DNA of 64,000 nt from Chiloscyllium plagiosum (taxonomy: Eukaryota): contig NC_057754.1 in assembly GCF_004010195.1 (NCBI RefSeq), forward strand, positions 584,169-648,168. Reading direction: 5' to 3'. The notes below the pieces were generated by a model. It saw nothing but the letters and a program-made list of their open reading frames with translations. It had not been told where the DNA came from and did no database searches. Shown here one piece after another: positions 1 through 12,922 of this stretch; positions within the stretch are counted from its first letter, which is position 1; the number at the start of each line of letters is the position of its first letter. Made by a program: the position numbers and the translations under genes.

Positions 1-3000
1 TTGGAGGGATATGGGCTGGGTGTTGGCAGGTGGGACTAGATTGGGTTGGGATATCTGTTCAGAATGGACAGGCTGGACCAAAGGGTCTGTTTCCATGCTG
101 TACATCTCTATGATATGTACAAGAAGGACGGATTGCACCTGAATTGGAAGGGAACTAATATATTGGCAGGGAGATTTGGTAGAGTTGCTCGGGAGAATTT
201 AAATTAGTAAGATGGGGGAGGGTGGGACCCAGGGAGATAGTGAGGCAAAAGATCAATCTGAGACTGGTATAGTTGAGAAAAGAAACGAGTCAAACAGTCA
301 GGGCAGGCAGGGACAAAGCAGAGAACAATGTAGGACTGATAAAGTTAAAGTGCATTTATTTCAACGCAAGAGGCCCAGCAGAGAAGGCAGATGAACTCAG
401 GACATTGTTTGGAACATGGGACTGGGATATCATAGCAATTACAGAAAATGGCTCAGGGATGGACAGGACTGGCAGCTTAATGTTCCAGGATACAAATGCT
501 ACAGGAAGGACAGAAAGGTAGGCAAGAGAGAAGGGGGAGTGGAGTTGTTGATAAGGGATAGCATTACAGCTATACTGAGGGAGGACATTTTGGGAAATAC
601 ATCCAGGGAAGTTATTTAGGTGGAACTGAGAAATAAGAAAGGGATGATCACCTATTGGGTTTGTATTGTAGACCCCCCTAATAGTCAGCGGGAAATTGAG
701 AAACAAATTTATAAGGAGATGTCAGTTATCTGTAAGAATTATAGGGTGGTTATGGTAAGGGATTTTATCTTTCCAAACATAGACTGGGACTGCCATAGTG
801 TTAAGGGTTTAAATGGAAAGAAATTTGTTAAGCGTGTACACGAAAACTTTCTGATTCAGTATGTGGATGTACCTACTAGAGAAGGTGCAAAACTTGACCT
901 ACTCTTGGGAAACAAGGCAGGGCAGGTGACTGAGGTGTCAGTGGGGGAACACTTTGGGGCCAGCGACCATAATTCTATTGGTTTTAAAATAGTGATGGAA
1001 AATGATAGACCAGATCTATCATTTTCAAAAGCTGATTGAGGGCAGATGTTCGCAGGTAAAAGGATGGCCGGAAAATGGGAAGCCTTCAGAAATGAGATAA
1101 CGAGAGCCGAGAAACAGTATATTCCTGTCAGGGTGAAAGGAAAGGCTGGTAGGTATAGGGAATGCTGGATGACTAAAGAAATTGAAGGTTTGGTTAAGAA
1201 AAAGAAGAAAGCATATGTCATATATAGACAGGATAGATCGAGTGAATCCTTAGAAGAGTATAAAGGCAGTAAGAGTATACTTAAGAGGGAAATCAGGAGG
1301 GCAGAAAGGGGACATGAGATAGCTTTGGCAAATAGAATTAAGGAAAATCCGAAGGGTTTTACAAGTATATTGAGGACAAAAGGGAACTAGGAGAGCAAGG
1401 CGGCCTTTGTATGGTGCCGCAGGAGATGGGGGAGATACTGAACGAGTATTTTGCATCAGTGTTTATTGTGGAGAAGGACATGGAAGATATAGAATGTAGG
1501 GAAATAGATTGTGATATCTTGAAAATTGTCCATATTACAAAGGAGGAAGTGCTGGATGTCTTGAAACGCATAAAAGTCGATACATCCCCAGGGCCTGATC
1601 AGGTGTACCCTAGAATTCTGTGGGAAGCTAGGGAAGTGATTGCTGGGCCTTTTGCTGAGATATTTCTATAATTGATAGTCACAGGTGAGGTGCTGGAAGA
1701 CTGGAGGTTGGCTAACGTGATGCCACTATTTAAGAAAGGTGGTAAGAACAAGCCAGGGAATTATAGACCGGTGAGCCTGACGTCGGTGGTGGGCAGGTTG
1801 TTGGAGGGAGTCCTGAGGGACAGGATGTACATGTATTTGGAAGGGCAAGGACTGATTAGGGATAGTCAACATGCCTTTGTGCATGAGAAACCATGTCTCA
1901 CAAATTTAATTGAGTTTTTTGAGGAAGTAACAAAGAGGATTGATGAGGGTAGACGGTAGACGTGACCTACATGGACATCAGTAAGGCGTTTGGCAAGGTT
2001 CCCCATGGGCGACTGGTTAGCAAGGCTGGAACTAGCCATTTGGATACAGAACTGGGTCAAAGGTAGAAGCTAGAGGGTGGTGGTGGAGGGTTGTTTTCTT
2101 CCAATGGAATGCCACAAGGATCGGTGCTGGGTCCACTACTTTTCGTCATTGAAATAAATGATTTGGATGTGAGCATAAGAGGTATAGTTAGTTAGTTTGC
2201 AGATGACACCAAAATTGGAGGTGTAGTGGACAGCAAAGAAGGATACCTCAGATTATAACGGGATCTTGACCAGATGGGCCAATGTGCTGAGGAGTGGCAG
2301 ATGGAGTTTAATTCAGATAAATGTGAGGTGCTGCATTTAGGGAAAGCAAATGACTTATACACTTAATGGTAAGATCCTGGGGCGTGTTGCTGAACAAAGA
2401 CACTTTGGAGTGCAGGTTCATAGCTCCTTGAAAGAAAGTTTATGGGCGGCACGGTAGCACAGTGGTTAGCACTGCTGCTTCACAGCGCCAGAGACCCGGG
2501 TTCAATTCCCGCCTCAGGCGACTCTCTGTGTGGAGTTTGCACATTCTCCCCGTGTCTGCATGGGTTTCCTCCGGGTGCTCCGGTTTCCTCCCACAATCCA
2601 AAAATGTGCAGGGGTTAGGTGAATTGGCCATGCTAAATTGCCCGTAGTGTTAGGTGAAGGGGTAAATGTAGGAGAATGGGTCTGGGTGGGTTACGCTTCG
2701 GCGGGTCGGTGTGGACTTGTTGGGCCGAAGGGCCTGTTTCCACACTGTAAGTAATCTAATCTATAGTCACAGGTAGATACGATAGTGAAGAAGGTGTTTG
2801 GTTTGCTTTTCTTTATTGGTCAGAGTATTGAGTACAGGAGTTGGGATGTCTTGTTGCTGCTGTACAGGACATTGATTCGGCCACTGTTGGAAGATTGCAT
2901 GCAATTCTGGTCTCCTTCCTATTGGAAGGATGTTGTAAAACTTGGAAGGGTTCAGAAAAGATTTACAAGGATGTTGCCAGGTTTGGAAGATTTGAGCTAC

Positions 3001-3418
3001 AGGGAGAGGTTGAATAGGCTGGGGCTGTTTTCCCTGGAGTGTCGGAGGCTGAAGGGTAACCTTATAGAGGTTTATAAAATCATGAGGGGAATGGATAGGG
3101 TAAATAGACCTATTTCCCTGGGGTGGGAGAGACCAGATCTGGAGGGCTTGGCTTAGGGTGAGAGTGGGAAAGGTATAAAAGAGACCTAAGGGGCAACTTT
3201 TCAAGCAGAGGGTGGTGCATATGTGGAACGGTCTGCCAGAGGAAGTGGTGGAGGCTAGTACAGTTGCAGCATTTAAAAGGCACCTGGACAGGTATATGAA
3301 TTGGAAGAGTTTGGAGGGAGATGGGTAGGATATTGGCAGGTGGGACTAGATTGGGTTGGGATATCTGGTTGGCATAGACGAGTTGGACTAAAGGGTCTGT
3401 ACATCTCTATGACTCTAT
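1..3418 (+). mobile_element. CR1-clade LINE remnants: 3' tail of one copy (1-~115), then a decayed copy with the end of ORF1 and ORF2 (APE endonuclease + reverse transcriptase), interrupted by a SINE
   Basis: Frameshifted ORF fragments with CR1 ORF2 motifs (LKCIYFNAR, DFIFPNIDW, SDHNSI, SPGPDQVYPR, NYRPVSLTSVVG, FADDTK, RRLKGNLIEVYK); short-repeat 3' end near 3410. Confidence 0.9.
2444..2763 (+). mobile_element. tRNA-derived V-SINE (HE1-like) inserted in CR1 ORF2
   Basis: tRNA-like head with A/B boxes (GGTAGCACAGTGG...GGTTCAATTCC), V-domain tgtgtggagtttgcacattctccc, (taatc)n tail. Confidence 0.9.
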
Positions 3419-3737
3419 AAATCAAATCCCAGGGTGAAAGCTAACCTTAGTAGACTAATTTTGTTTTTGCAAAGTTAAAAATCACACACCAGGTTATAGT
3501 CCAACAGGTTTAATTGGAAGCACTAGCTTTTGGAGCGCTGCTCCTTCATCAGGTGGTTATTTTTGCAATTTGCCTTCTTTGGTGGTCAGTCACTGAACAT
3601 AATCACAATGCAGACAATGTACTTTGAACTGAGGAAGTTAAACATGAACATTGGAATATGAAACCGCCTATGAAGCTCTTAACAAAATTATTCTCTTAGA
3701 GAAATTTAAAAACTCACTACCTTCTGTAATAAGAAAG

Positions 3738-4082
3738 ACAGCACTGTGGCTCAGTGGTTAGCACTGCTACCTCAAAACAGCAGGGAACCCGGTTTGATTC
3801 CAGCCTTGGACAACTGTCTGTGTGGAGTTTGCACATTTTCCCCATGTCTGCATGGGTTTCCTTTGGGTGCTCCTGTTTCCTCCCACAGTGCAAAGATTTT
3901 GCAGGTTAGGTGGATTGGCCATGCTAAATTGCCCCTAGAGTCCAGTGATGTGCAGGCTAGGTGGGTTAGACATGGGAAATACAGGGTTACAGTGTTGGGA
4001 TGAGTCTGGGTGGGATACTGTTCCGAGCGGTGATGTGGAATTGATGGGCTGAATGGCCTTCTTTCATACTGTAGGGATTCTG
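3738..4082 (+). mobile_element. HE1-like V-SINE, diverged copy
   Basis: Same head and V-domain as 2444-2763. Confidence 0.85.
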
Positions 4083-4089
4083 TAAAGAA

Positions 4090-6285
4090 CTCATGTTGAA
4101 GACTGAAGAGTTGCAACTGCTAGATAGGCAGCCATAATGGCTGAGGATTATGAGTTAATCCATAAAACCAAACCTTTCTTCCATTACCCTCATAAATTGA
4201 AAATGGATAGAAAATGGGAAAGGAAAGGAAGTAACCAAAGTTAGGAATAGAGAGCTGGGAATGCTGCAGTGCCTCTTCCTCAGATCAGAAGGGAAAGTCC
4301 TGAGGGTGAAAATCAAAAGCTGAGGTGATTCCATTATAAGAAGGTGGGACATGTTCATTCAGAATGCTGGCAGTTAATTGGGAAACCCACAGAAATTATT
4401 GGAGTTTGTAGGATTCAGTCCAAATACGGAATTCAAATGAAAAATGTCACAGATCAGATTGTAGCCGTAACTACAATTAAAAGAGTAGAGGTAAACACGG
4501 CTGTGAATGCAGAAGAAGTTCATACTTAGCATAAATGAAAGATATAAAGGGTTTTTATCTGAAAGGACAATAACACGGTGGCACAGTGGTTAGCACTGCT
4601 GCCTCACAGCGCCAGAGACCCGGGTTCAATTCCCGCCTCAGGCAACTGACTGTGTGGAGTTTACACATTCTCCCGTGTCTGCGTGGGTTTCCTCCGGGTG
4701 CTCCGGTTTCCTCCCACAGTCACAAAGATGTGCGGGTCAGGTGAATTGGCCATGCTAAATTGCCCGTAGTGTTAGGTAAGGGGTAAATGTAGGGGTATGG
4801 GTGGGTTGCGCTTCGGCGGGGCGGTGTGGACTTGTTGGGCCGAAGTGCCTGTTTCCACACTGTAAGTAATCTAATCTAATCTAAAAAAAAAACATTTTTT
4901 TCCACAAACAAGCCCATAACAATGCTCTGAGATAAATGGGATACTCAAACTCTCTTGCTGGGCATAGATGAGAACTCAGTGCAAGCCAAAGTATTAGTAA
5001 ATGGAATAGGTGGAGATTATCTCCCTGAATCCTTGTTCAAAATTCACCTGGAATGTGACTTGTTAACAGGTCTGATGGTGGTTGGGGGAGTTAGGAAATT
5101 ACCTATGAATAGAGTTGATATAACTCTGAGAAATGATACAGCAGGAGTGAAAGTTATAGGGCCTATTTAATCACAGAAAGTCCAGTTGAGGTTACGGAGG
5201 TGGAACAGTTGTAAGAACAAGTTCCACGTGTGCTTCCATTGTGTGTGGGGGCCAGAGCAATTGCAAAACAAGGTCTGCCAATAGAGCTCACATGATATCC
5301 CAAGCAGATGTTAGGGGAGCGAAAACTCTATTTATAAACAATGGTGAAAATTCAAGGGAAGTGTTTAGCATGTCTTCATGAATTGACGCTCAGGGAGCAG
5401 ATCCAGAGTTAAGTCAGTTAGCACAAACAATGCACATTGAAGCTGAGAGTGAAGGATTTCCCAACTTGTTACAGTAGAAATGTAAGAACTGTAGACTTCC
5501 TCAGACACCTGTGGATAAAGAACAGACAATTGTTTATCAAGTAGTGGTACCATCCAGAATTTCAGGAGTAGCACATGAAATTCCAAAAGCAGGAGATAGA
5601 AGAATATGGGAAATGCTGGCATTAATAACCAGGTATTTTACATGTTCAGGACTTCATAAAGATTTGGTCCCTTCTGTAAACCCTGTGGTAGGGAATCATT
5701 CAGTATGTAATTAAACCAGGTCCTTTGAAAGCCAAACCAGTTTTGAGGAAGCATTCAGTCAGCTGTGAGTAGTTTGTGTAGGACCATTATCGAAAACAAA
5801 AGCAGGTCATTAGTATATCCTCACAGTTATAGACATGAGAACCTGATTTCCAGAAACTCTTCTTTTAAGGACAACTAGAGCTTGAGTAATAGTGAAAAGT
5901 TTAAATGTGTTTTTTACTTGTTGTGGACTACGAACTGAGGAAAAAATCTGATCAGGGTTTGAACTTTATGTTGAAAGTTTTCCTGGACATCATCAGCAGT
6001 TTGGGTAGAAAACAGCCGAAGCTGACTGTGTATCATCCATAAACACAGGGAACTTTAGAGAGATAGCAACAGATTCTCGAAAACAGGAGTAAATCATATT
6101 GTAAACAAGTACCCCCAGGATTGGGACAAAGGGTGAAACTTATTATCTCCAACAAGAGATTCACCAACTGAATCCTCTGGGATTCAGACCATTTGAATTC
6201 ATTTATGGCCATGATATTAAAAATCCAGTAAACCTGTAATATTGGATCACATGGTCACGTTTTTGGAAAGAGTCACAGGACCAAG
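4090..6285 (+). mobile_element. Heavily decayed Gypsy (Gmr1-like) gag/protease/integrase remnant, with a SINE inserted
   Basis: Broken frames resembling zinc knuckle (GHVHSECW), protease-region and integrase segments (HEIPKAG, SDQGLNF, TQGTLER), similar in order to the minus-strand element at 9375-19480. Confidence 0.65.
4574..4890 (+). mobile_element. HE1-like V-SINE, well-preserved copy
   Basis: Near-identical to 2444-2763; (aatct)n plus poly-A tail. Confidence 0.9.
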
Positions 6286-6287
6286 TT

Positions 6288-6810
6288 GGGCAGCACTGTT
6301 GGAGGATCAGTGCCGAGGGAGTGCAGCACTGTTGGAGGATCTGTGCCGAGGGAGAGCAGCACTGTTGGAGGATCAGTGCCGAGACAGCACAGCACTGTTG
6401 GAGGATCAGTGCCGAGGGAGAGCAGCACTGTTGGAGGATCTGTGCTGAGGGAGGGCAGCACTGTTGGAGGATCAGTGCCGAGGGAGAGCAGCACTGTTGG
6501 AGGATCTGTGCTGAGGGAGAGCAGCACTGTTGGAGGATCAGTGCCGAGACAGCAGCACTGTTGGAGGATCAGTGCCGAGGGAGGGCAGCACTGTTGGCGG
6601 ATCAGTGCCGAGACAGCAGCACTGTTGGCGGATCAGTGCCGAGACAGCAGCACTGTTGGCGGATCAGTGCCGAGGGAGCGCAGCACTGTTGGAGGGTTGA
6701 CGCTGAGGAGGCGCCGCACTGTCGGAGGGTCAAACCTGAGGGGAATCTCAGAATCAGGACTGTCAGAAGTGCCAACTTTTGAGATGTGACTTTAAACCAA
6801 GATCCCGCCA
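6288..6810 (+). repeat. ~30-33 bp minisatellite (gcagcactgttggaggatcagtgccgagggaga) running into DeuSINE-like sequence
   Basis: Roughly 14 tandem units; repetitive ORFs in several frames. Confidence 0.9.
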
Positions 6811-7109
6811 GATCTCTCAGAGAATATTGTGAATAAATTCCCACCGCCCCAATTAGTAAATGCGCGGGGATTGGGGTGGGCTGTCCCTCTGGACCCAGCA
6901 TCTAATGTTTCTATTTCTCAGAAACTTTCAAAGCTGTACAGCGTTTGGAATGAAAGGGCGGTGTTTGGCTGTAACTCAAATCTAGGAGCAGGGAGAATAC
7001 ATACCCTCTGCTAGCTCTTATTCAGCCCGTCCCGATGAATAGGTTTGTGACTGACGCCTGAACAGGAAGAGGAGAAACAGTGTAGGAGCATCTCTGTGTC
7101 CCAATCACC

Positions 7110-7161
7110 ATGAAGCTGTACAGACTGACACTCCTCCTGACACTCGTGCGGGCTGATATAG
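7110..7161 (+). CDS. Kazal-type protein A (SPINK-like), exon 1: signal peptide MKLYRLTLLLTLVRADI
   Basis: Kozak-like caccATG, hydrophobic leader, phase-1 donor G|GTTTGC (weak); resembles exon 1 of gene B (MKMNRL...). Confidence 0.7.
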
Positions 7162-8204
7162 GTTTGCTTTCTCTTCTCAGTGATATTGTTTTTCCTGCAT
7201 TCGCAAACTCAGTCTTCTTCAGTGGCTCCTCTATGAGTTGGTGCAAGGCGCTCTCCAAACGCAGGTTTATCCTTTGGTTGTTATTAGAAATTGCTGGAAA
7301 ATTTATTGGAAGCTGCTGGCTTTTCAGGACACAGGAAATGCAACGGGTCTGTGGAGGCAAGGTCAGGGTTATAATGCTTTCCCTCCTGGTTTTAATTTCA
7401 TAATTCCAGCCACATTTTATTTTTTGCTTTCTCTCTGTTAGTGTTTTAACTGTTCGGTCCAGTCTCACTGTCTGCTTCGAAGGCTTGGTGTGAGAACGTT
7501 CCTGTGGAGTGCTGTGGGCGCTATATCAGTGAAAGTTGTTCTTGTAATGTGGTTGCATCTGGGAGGGAGGGGCATTAGTTGGGGTAGCTGACGTCTGGAG
7601 AAAGAGTCAATCCTGCCCAGTTTTGCATTGATTTTACGAGCCATTTGCAATTCCCCCGTCACTGTGTTGAGTGATGTTCCTGACTGAGGTTTCTCTTCAT
7701 TCCTGCTGCAAGCAGAGATGCGAATCCCACTCCAATCGCTCTGCATCGTTATTACATTTAAAATTACCAGCTAAACACAATGTTCTTTACATCCTTATGC
7801 CCAATCCTAATGTATTAAACATGGTTCATCACACACTTCCATCAAGCTTCTTTGAAACCAAAACTAATAGCGAGAGTGAGAGAGAAAGAGAGAACCAGAC
7901 AGCGATAACAAGACAGTGAGAGAGAGACATTTAGAATTAAAGGTGAGACACAGGGAGAGAGAAAGAGACAGATGGACCGCAAAACAGTAAAATATCAGTA
8001 ATACTTGGAAATAAATGAATGAACTGGAGGCCTGTTCTGAAGTTTACCGGAGGAGCCAGACTAATAATATTATACTGTGTTTAAAACAGAGAAAGCCAGT
8101 AGAGAGAGACATGAAGAGGGAAAAAGAAAACGTGAGATAAAGAAGCAAAGTGTGAGAAAGAAAAAACAGAGAGAAACAGTCAGAGAGAGACCAAAAGAAC
8201 TATG

Positions 8205-8580
8205 AATCAGAAACAAAAACCGAAGTTGCTTAAAACAAAAGTTGCTAGAAAAGCTCAGCTGGTCTGGCAGCATCTGTGAAGACAAATCAGAGTTATATGT
8301 TCTGTGAAGTGTCTACCAGACCTGCAACGTTAATTTTGATTTCTCTCCACAGATGTCAGACCTGCTGAGCTTTTCCAAAACTGGGTGTAGGTTTGCTCGC
8401 TGAGCTGGAAGGTTCATTTTCAGAAGTTTCGTCACCATACTAGGTAACATCTTCAGTCGTATGGTGATGAAATGTCTGAAAATGAACCTTCCAGCTCAGC
8501 GAGCAAACTTACATCCAAAACGTCAACCTGAGCTACAAATCTTCTCAAATGATTTCCAACACTTTCAGTTTTTGTTTCTA
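8205..8580. mobile_element. Cluster of short Penelope-type inverted repeats
   Basis: ctggaaaagctcagc.../...gctgagcttttcca arms; hammerhead-like core on the minus strand at 8425-8456. Confidence 0.6.
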
Positions 8581-8649
8581 AAGAGAGAGGTGCATAAACA
8601 GATTGAGAGAGGCACTGAGAGTGAGACAGAAATCAACAGTGAGAGAAAG

Positions 8650-9000
8650 TAAACACTCCCTCAGTGCTGACACACCGACAGTGCAGCACTGCCTCAGCAC
8701 TGATCCTGCGACAGTGCCTGCTCCCTCAGCACTGACCCTCTGATAGTGCAGCACTGCTTCAGCACTGACCATCCAACAGTGCGGTGCTCCCTCACAGCAA
8801 CCCTCCCACAGTGTGGACCTCCCTCAGCATTGTCCTGTGACAGTGCAGCGCTCCCTCTTTACTGACCCTATGACAGTGCAGCACTTCCTCAGTACTAACC
8901 CGCTGACAGTGCAGTGCTCTCTCAATACTGGCCGTCTGACAGTGCAGCATCCGCTCAAAAGCACTCACCCTTGGATAGTGGGCACTCCCTCAATCGGGCA
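8650..9000 (-). repeat. 33-bp DeuSINE-derived minisatellite, reverse orientation
   Basis: Reverse complement of the unit at 6288 and 32665. Confidence 0.85.
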
Positions 9001-9291
9001 GCTGTTCTTCAATTACCGAGCTCTTATCATTCAGTTGAGGATTAAGAGATGAGGGAGATTGCTCCACTTTTGTCCTGCCACATACATAACTTTCAAATTG
9101 AATGGCTGTAACAACAAACCCCATCTAAACAGTCTGGAATATTTGTCCTTAAATTTCTCCGCAAATGTCAATGGGTTATGATCAGTGTATATGATTGTCT
9201 CAGGCCATTCATGCTGAATATGCAGATTGTCCTGGGGTGATTTTCCTGTAAATGTATAATTGCTGACATTGTGTGTGTTTCTGTATTTCAG

Positions 9292-9317
9292 ATGTACCAG
9301 TGCCTGCTTCATATATT
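9292..9317 (+). CDS. Kazal-type protein A, exon 2 (26 nt: D-VPVPASYI)
   Basis: Acceptor ctgtatttcag and donor GTGAGT; phase 1 to phase 0, as in SPINK exon 2. Confidence 0.75.
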
Positions 9318-12300
9318 GTGAGTTTCAAGATTTAGCTTTCTTTATTGGTGATGCAAATTTGTTTGTTTTGACTGTATTATGGACTAGGCTACAACCATTC
9401 AAAACATTTCAAGAAAGTAGCCCAGACTCTAGCTTTGCTAGTTGTTTTAAGCAGGTGTAATGCAGATTTTTCAGGGTATGCAGTTGGTCAACCCACATAG
9501 TTTTAAACAAAACAATATCCAAAGACGGCTTAATTTTAAAACCCTTTAGTCCTAAACTGTTAATACTCTGTAACACACACATGCATGCATTACATTGACA
9601 ATAAACATGCAAACACACACAACTGCATTCTGTTTTAGTCTGTTTTACTCCTGCCACTGAACGCCTCCCTTTCTCATTCAAGTTTCGACAATGCATCGTT
9701 AATCACATTTTCTCATCCTGCCACATGCAGAATTTTCAAATTGAATGGCTGTAACAACAAACCCCATCTAAACAGTCGGGAATATCTGTCCTTAAATTTC
9801 TCCGCAAATGTCAATGGGTTATGATCAGCGTATATGATTTTCTCAGATACATTATTGGTAACATAAACATTGAAATGTTATAATGCCAACACTAAGCTCA
9901 AAGTCTCTTTCTCAACCTTTGAATATTTCTGCTGATGAATGTTCAGTTTCCTGGAGAAATACCCAATAGGTCTTTCTATCTTCTTGTCGTCTTCCTGCAA
10001 CAGCACAGCACCGATACCTGTATCACTTGCATGAGATAGCCACCTTGAGTGGCTTTGCGTAATTAGATATGGCTAATACTGGGACAATGGTTAACACAGC
10101 TTTCAAATGCCTTTCGACAGTCCGCTGAAATTTGGCTGAAATTTCTTGCCTTTCATTAACAATTCTGTGAGTGGAGCAGCCACACTGCTAAAATTTGGTA
10201 CGAATTTTTGATAAAATCCACTCAATCCCAGGAATTGTAGTACTGCTGTTTTTGTCAGTGGTCTGGGAAACTCCCCAAATATCTTTGTTTTTGCATCCTG
10301 GGTGGCCATTTGTCCATGTCCAATAATATGTTCCAGGAAGGTGACTTGGGCTTTGGCAAGTTCACTTTTAGCAAGGTTTATCATCAAGCCTGCCTTCTGA
10401 AATCATTCAAGTAAGTCTGATAAATGTTGCAAATGTTCCTTCCATGTGTGACTAAAAATCACCAGGTCATCTATATATATATATATATATACAACAGAAT
10501 TGGGTAATCCGGCAATGACCTTATTGATTAGTCTCTGACATGTGGCCGGCACATTTTTCATACCAAATGGCATGACTTTAAACTGATGCAGTCCATTCGG
10601 TGTTACAAAACCCAAAATTGTCTTCAAGCTTTCTGACAAATGTACCTGTGAGTATCCTCTGAGAAAGTCCAACTTAGAAATATAAGTAGATTGTCCAACC
10701 TTTTCAACACAGTCTTCCAAACATGGAATCGGATATGTATCAGTCTTTGCAACTGCTTTGACTTTACGATAGTCCACACATACCATCTGGTTTGGCACCA
10801 TTACTATGGGTGAGCTCTAGTCACTGTAACTCACTTTGATTGTATCGTCTTGGAGCATGCGTTCAATCTCCTTTTGATCCTGTGCCAACTTTGGAGGGTT
10901 TTATCTAAAAGACTATTGCTTTATTGGAACAGCATCTCCTATATCTACATCATGCATAATTAGGTTAGTACTTCCAAGCTTATTTCCACATAACTCTTTC
11001 AGGTCATTTCAATTTTCCTCTGGAAGGTAACTCAATAATTTATCCCAATTTTTGACAAATTCCTCATTGTCCAATTTAATTTGAAGATTGTCCAATTCAG
11101 AATCCTCTGAACTTGGTTCTTCCCACTGTGCTGTAACCAATGACACACTCTCCTCCTGCTTTCCTTCTCTGCCAAAATATCTTTCAAGCATATTCGCATG
11201 ACACAGTCTGTGATATTTCTTTCTGTCTGGAGTCCTTATCAAATAGTTCACCTCACCTAATTTCCTATCGACTTAATAAGGTCCACTAAACCTTGCTTTT
11301 AAAGGTTCACCTATCATTGGAAATAACACTAACACCTAATCTCAGATCGCAAAGTTGCGAGTCTTTGATTTCTCAACTGCTTCCTGTTTCATTGTAAGCT
11401 GTGATATTTTTAAATGCTGTCTAGCCAACTCCCCTGCTCTATTTAATTGTTCCTGAAAATTTGACACGTAGTTCAAATATGCGATCTCTGAATTCTGACT
11501 TACAAATTTCTCCTTAGTCAATTTTAACGGTCCTCTCACTTCATGCCCAAAAACTAATTCAAATGGACTGAATTTGTTTGATTCATTTGGTGCATCTCTG
11601 ATCACAAGAAGCACAGATGAAATTCCCTTATCCCAGTCAGCTAGATAGTCTTGATTATAAGCCCTCATCGTGGTCTTTAATGTCTTTAATGGTCTTTAAC
11701 GTCCAATGCCACCTTTCTAGCACTCCCTGTGATCCTGGATGGTTCACAATAGATTTGAATTATTTTATTCCTAAATTGTCCGTAACTTCCTTGAATACTT
11801 TTGATGTAAAGTTTGACTTTTGATCTGATTGTATCTCTGTGTGTAGTCCATATATAGTGAAATATTTGGGTAATTCCTCTACGATCCTTTTAGCTGTGAT
11901 ATTGCGTTATGGAACAGCCTCTGGAAATCTAGTGCACACATCCATTATTAATTACAAATACTGATTCCCACTTGTTTTAGGTAGTGGTCTGATGCAATCA
12001 ATTAAGACTCTTGTAAAAGGTTCCTCAAATGCAGGAATAGGTATTAAAGGTGCGGCTTTTATTACTGCCTGCGGTATTCCAATTACCTGACATGTATGAT
12101 ATGTCTGGCAAAATTCAGCTACAGCTGAAAATGTGTTGCTGGAAAAGCGCAGCAGGTCAGGCAGCATCCAAGGAGCAGGAGAATCAATGTTTCGGGCATG
12201 AGCCCTTCTTCAGGAATATCAGGAACATCAGGAAAATTCAGCTACATCCTTGTGCAGTTCAGGCCAGTAAAAATGTTTTTGAATTTTAGCTTGAGTTTTT

Positions 12301-12922
12301 CACACTCCTAAATGACCTCCTAGCAGTAGCTCACATGCCACACACATCTCCTTTCTATAACCCACTGGCAATGCAACTTGATGAAATTCTGCCCATTTGT
12401 CATCTGCCTGAATATGTGATGGTCTCCATTTCCTCATTAAAACATCATTTTGAAGATAATAACTTTCAGGGATACATTTGGATTCTTTTTCTGTGTACGC
12501 TGTTTGACACAGTTGCTTTAAATTTTAATCTTTCTGTTGTAGCTGTAATTTATCTGAGCTAAAGATGTCTGCTGTGTCAGCTATCTATTCCTGCTTTGTC
12601 TCCACCATTCGATCAAACAGGGTCTCTGGTAATTCCACTTCAATTTTCTTATCTGTACTCTTTGATCTCTTCTGTTTCAACTGGCGACTTTGTGACCTCG
12701 TTACCACACAGTCAGGAAAAATCCCAGGATGTGTGTCCTGCAATAGTTCAGTTGCCTGAGTTTCCGCTAGCGTTTCGAACGCAGTAGGCAGCACTCCTAC
12801 CTGTGAACCAACTATATCATTAGTAAGGACAAATTGTATTTTTGGAGCTGAGAGTTTGTCTAGTATTCCTCTGAAAAATTCTCCACTCTTCACTGGAAAC
12901 TTTAACCTCACTTTACATAATT

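Noticed and set aside
2444..2520. tRNA gene
   Set aside because: tRNA-like head of a multi-copy SINE, not a complete cloverleaf gene
6288..6790. CRISPR-like regular repeats and repetitive ORFs (also 32665-33400)
   Set aside because: Units are contiguous with no unique spacers, no cas genes, eukaryotic context; the ORFs are a by-product of a 33-bp period
7022..7746. Two abutting minus-strand ORFs (93 and 148 aa)
   Set aside because: No recognisable domain; they are antisense to exon 1 and intron 1 of Kazal gene A, which explains the region better
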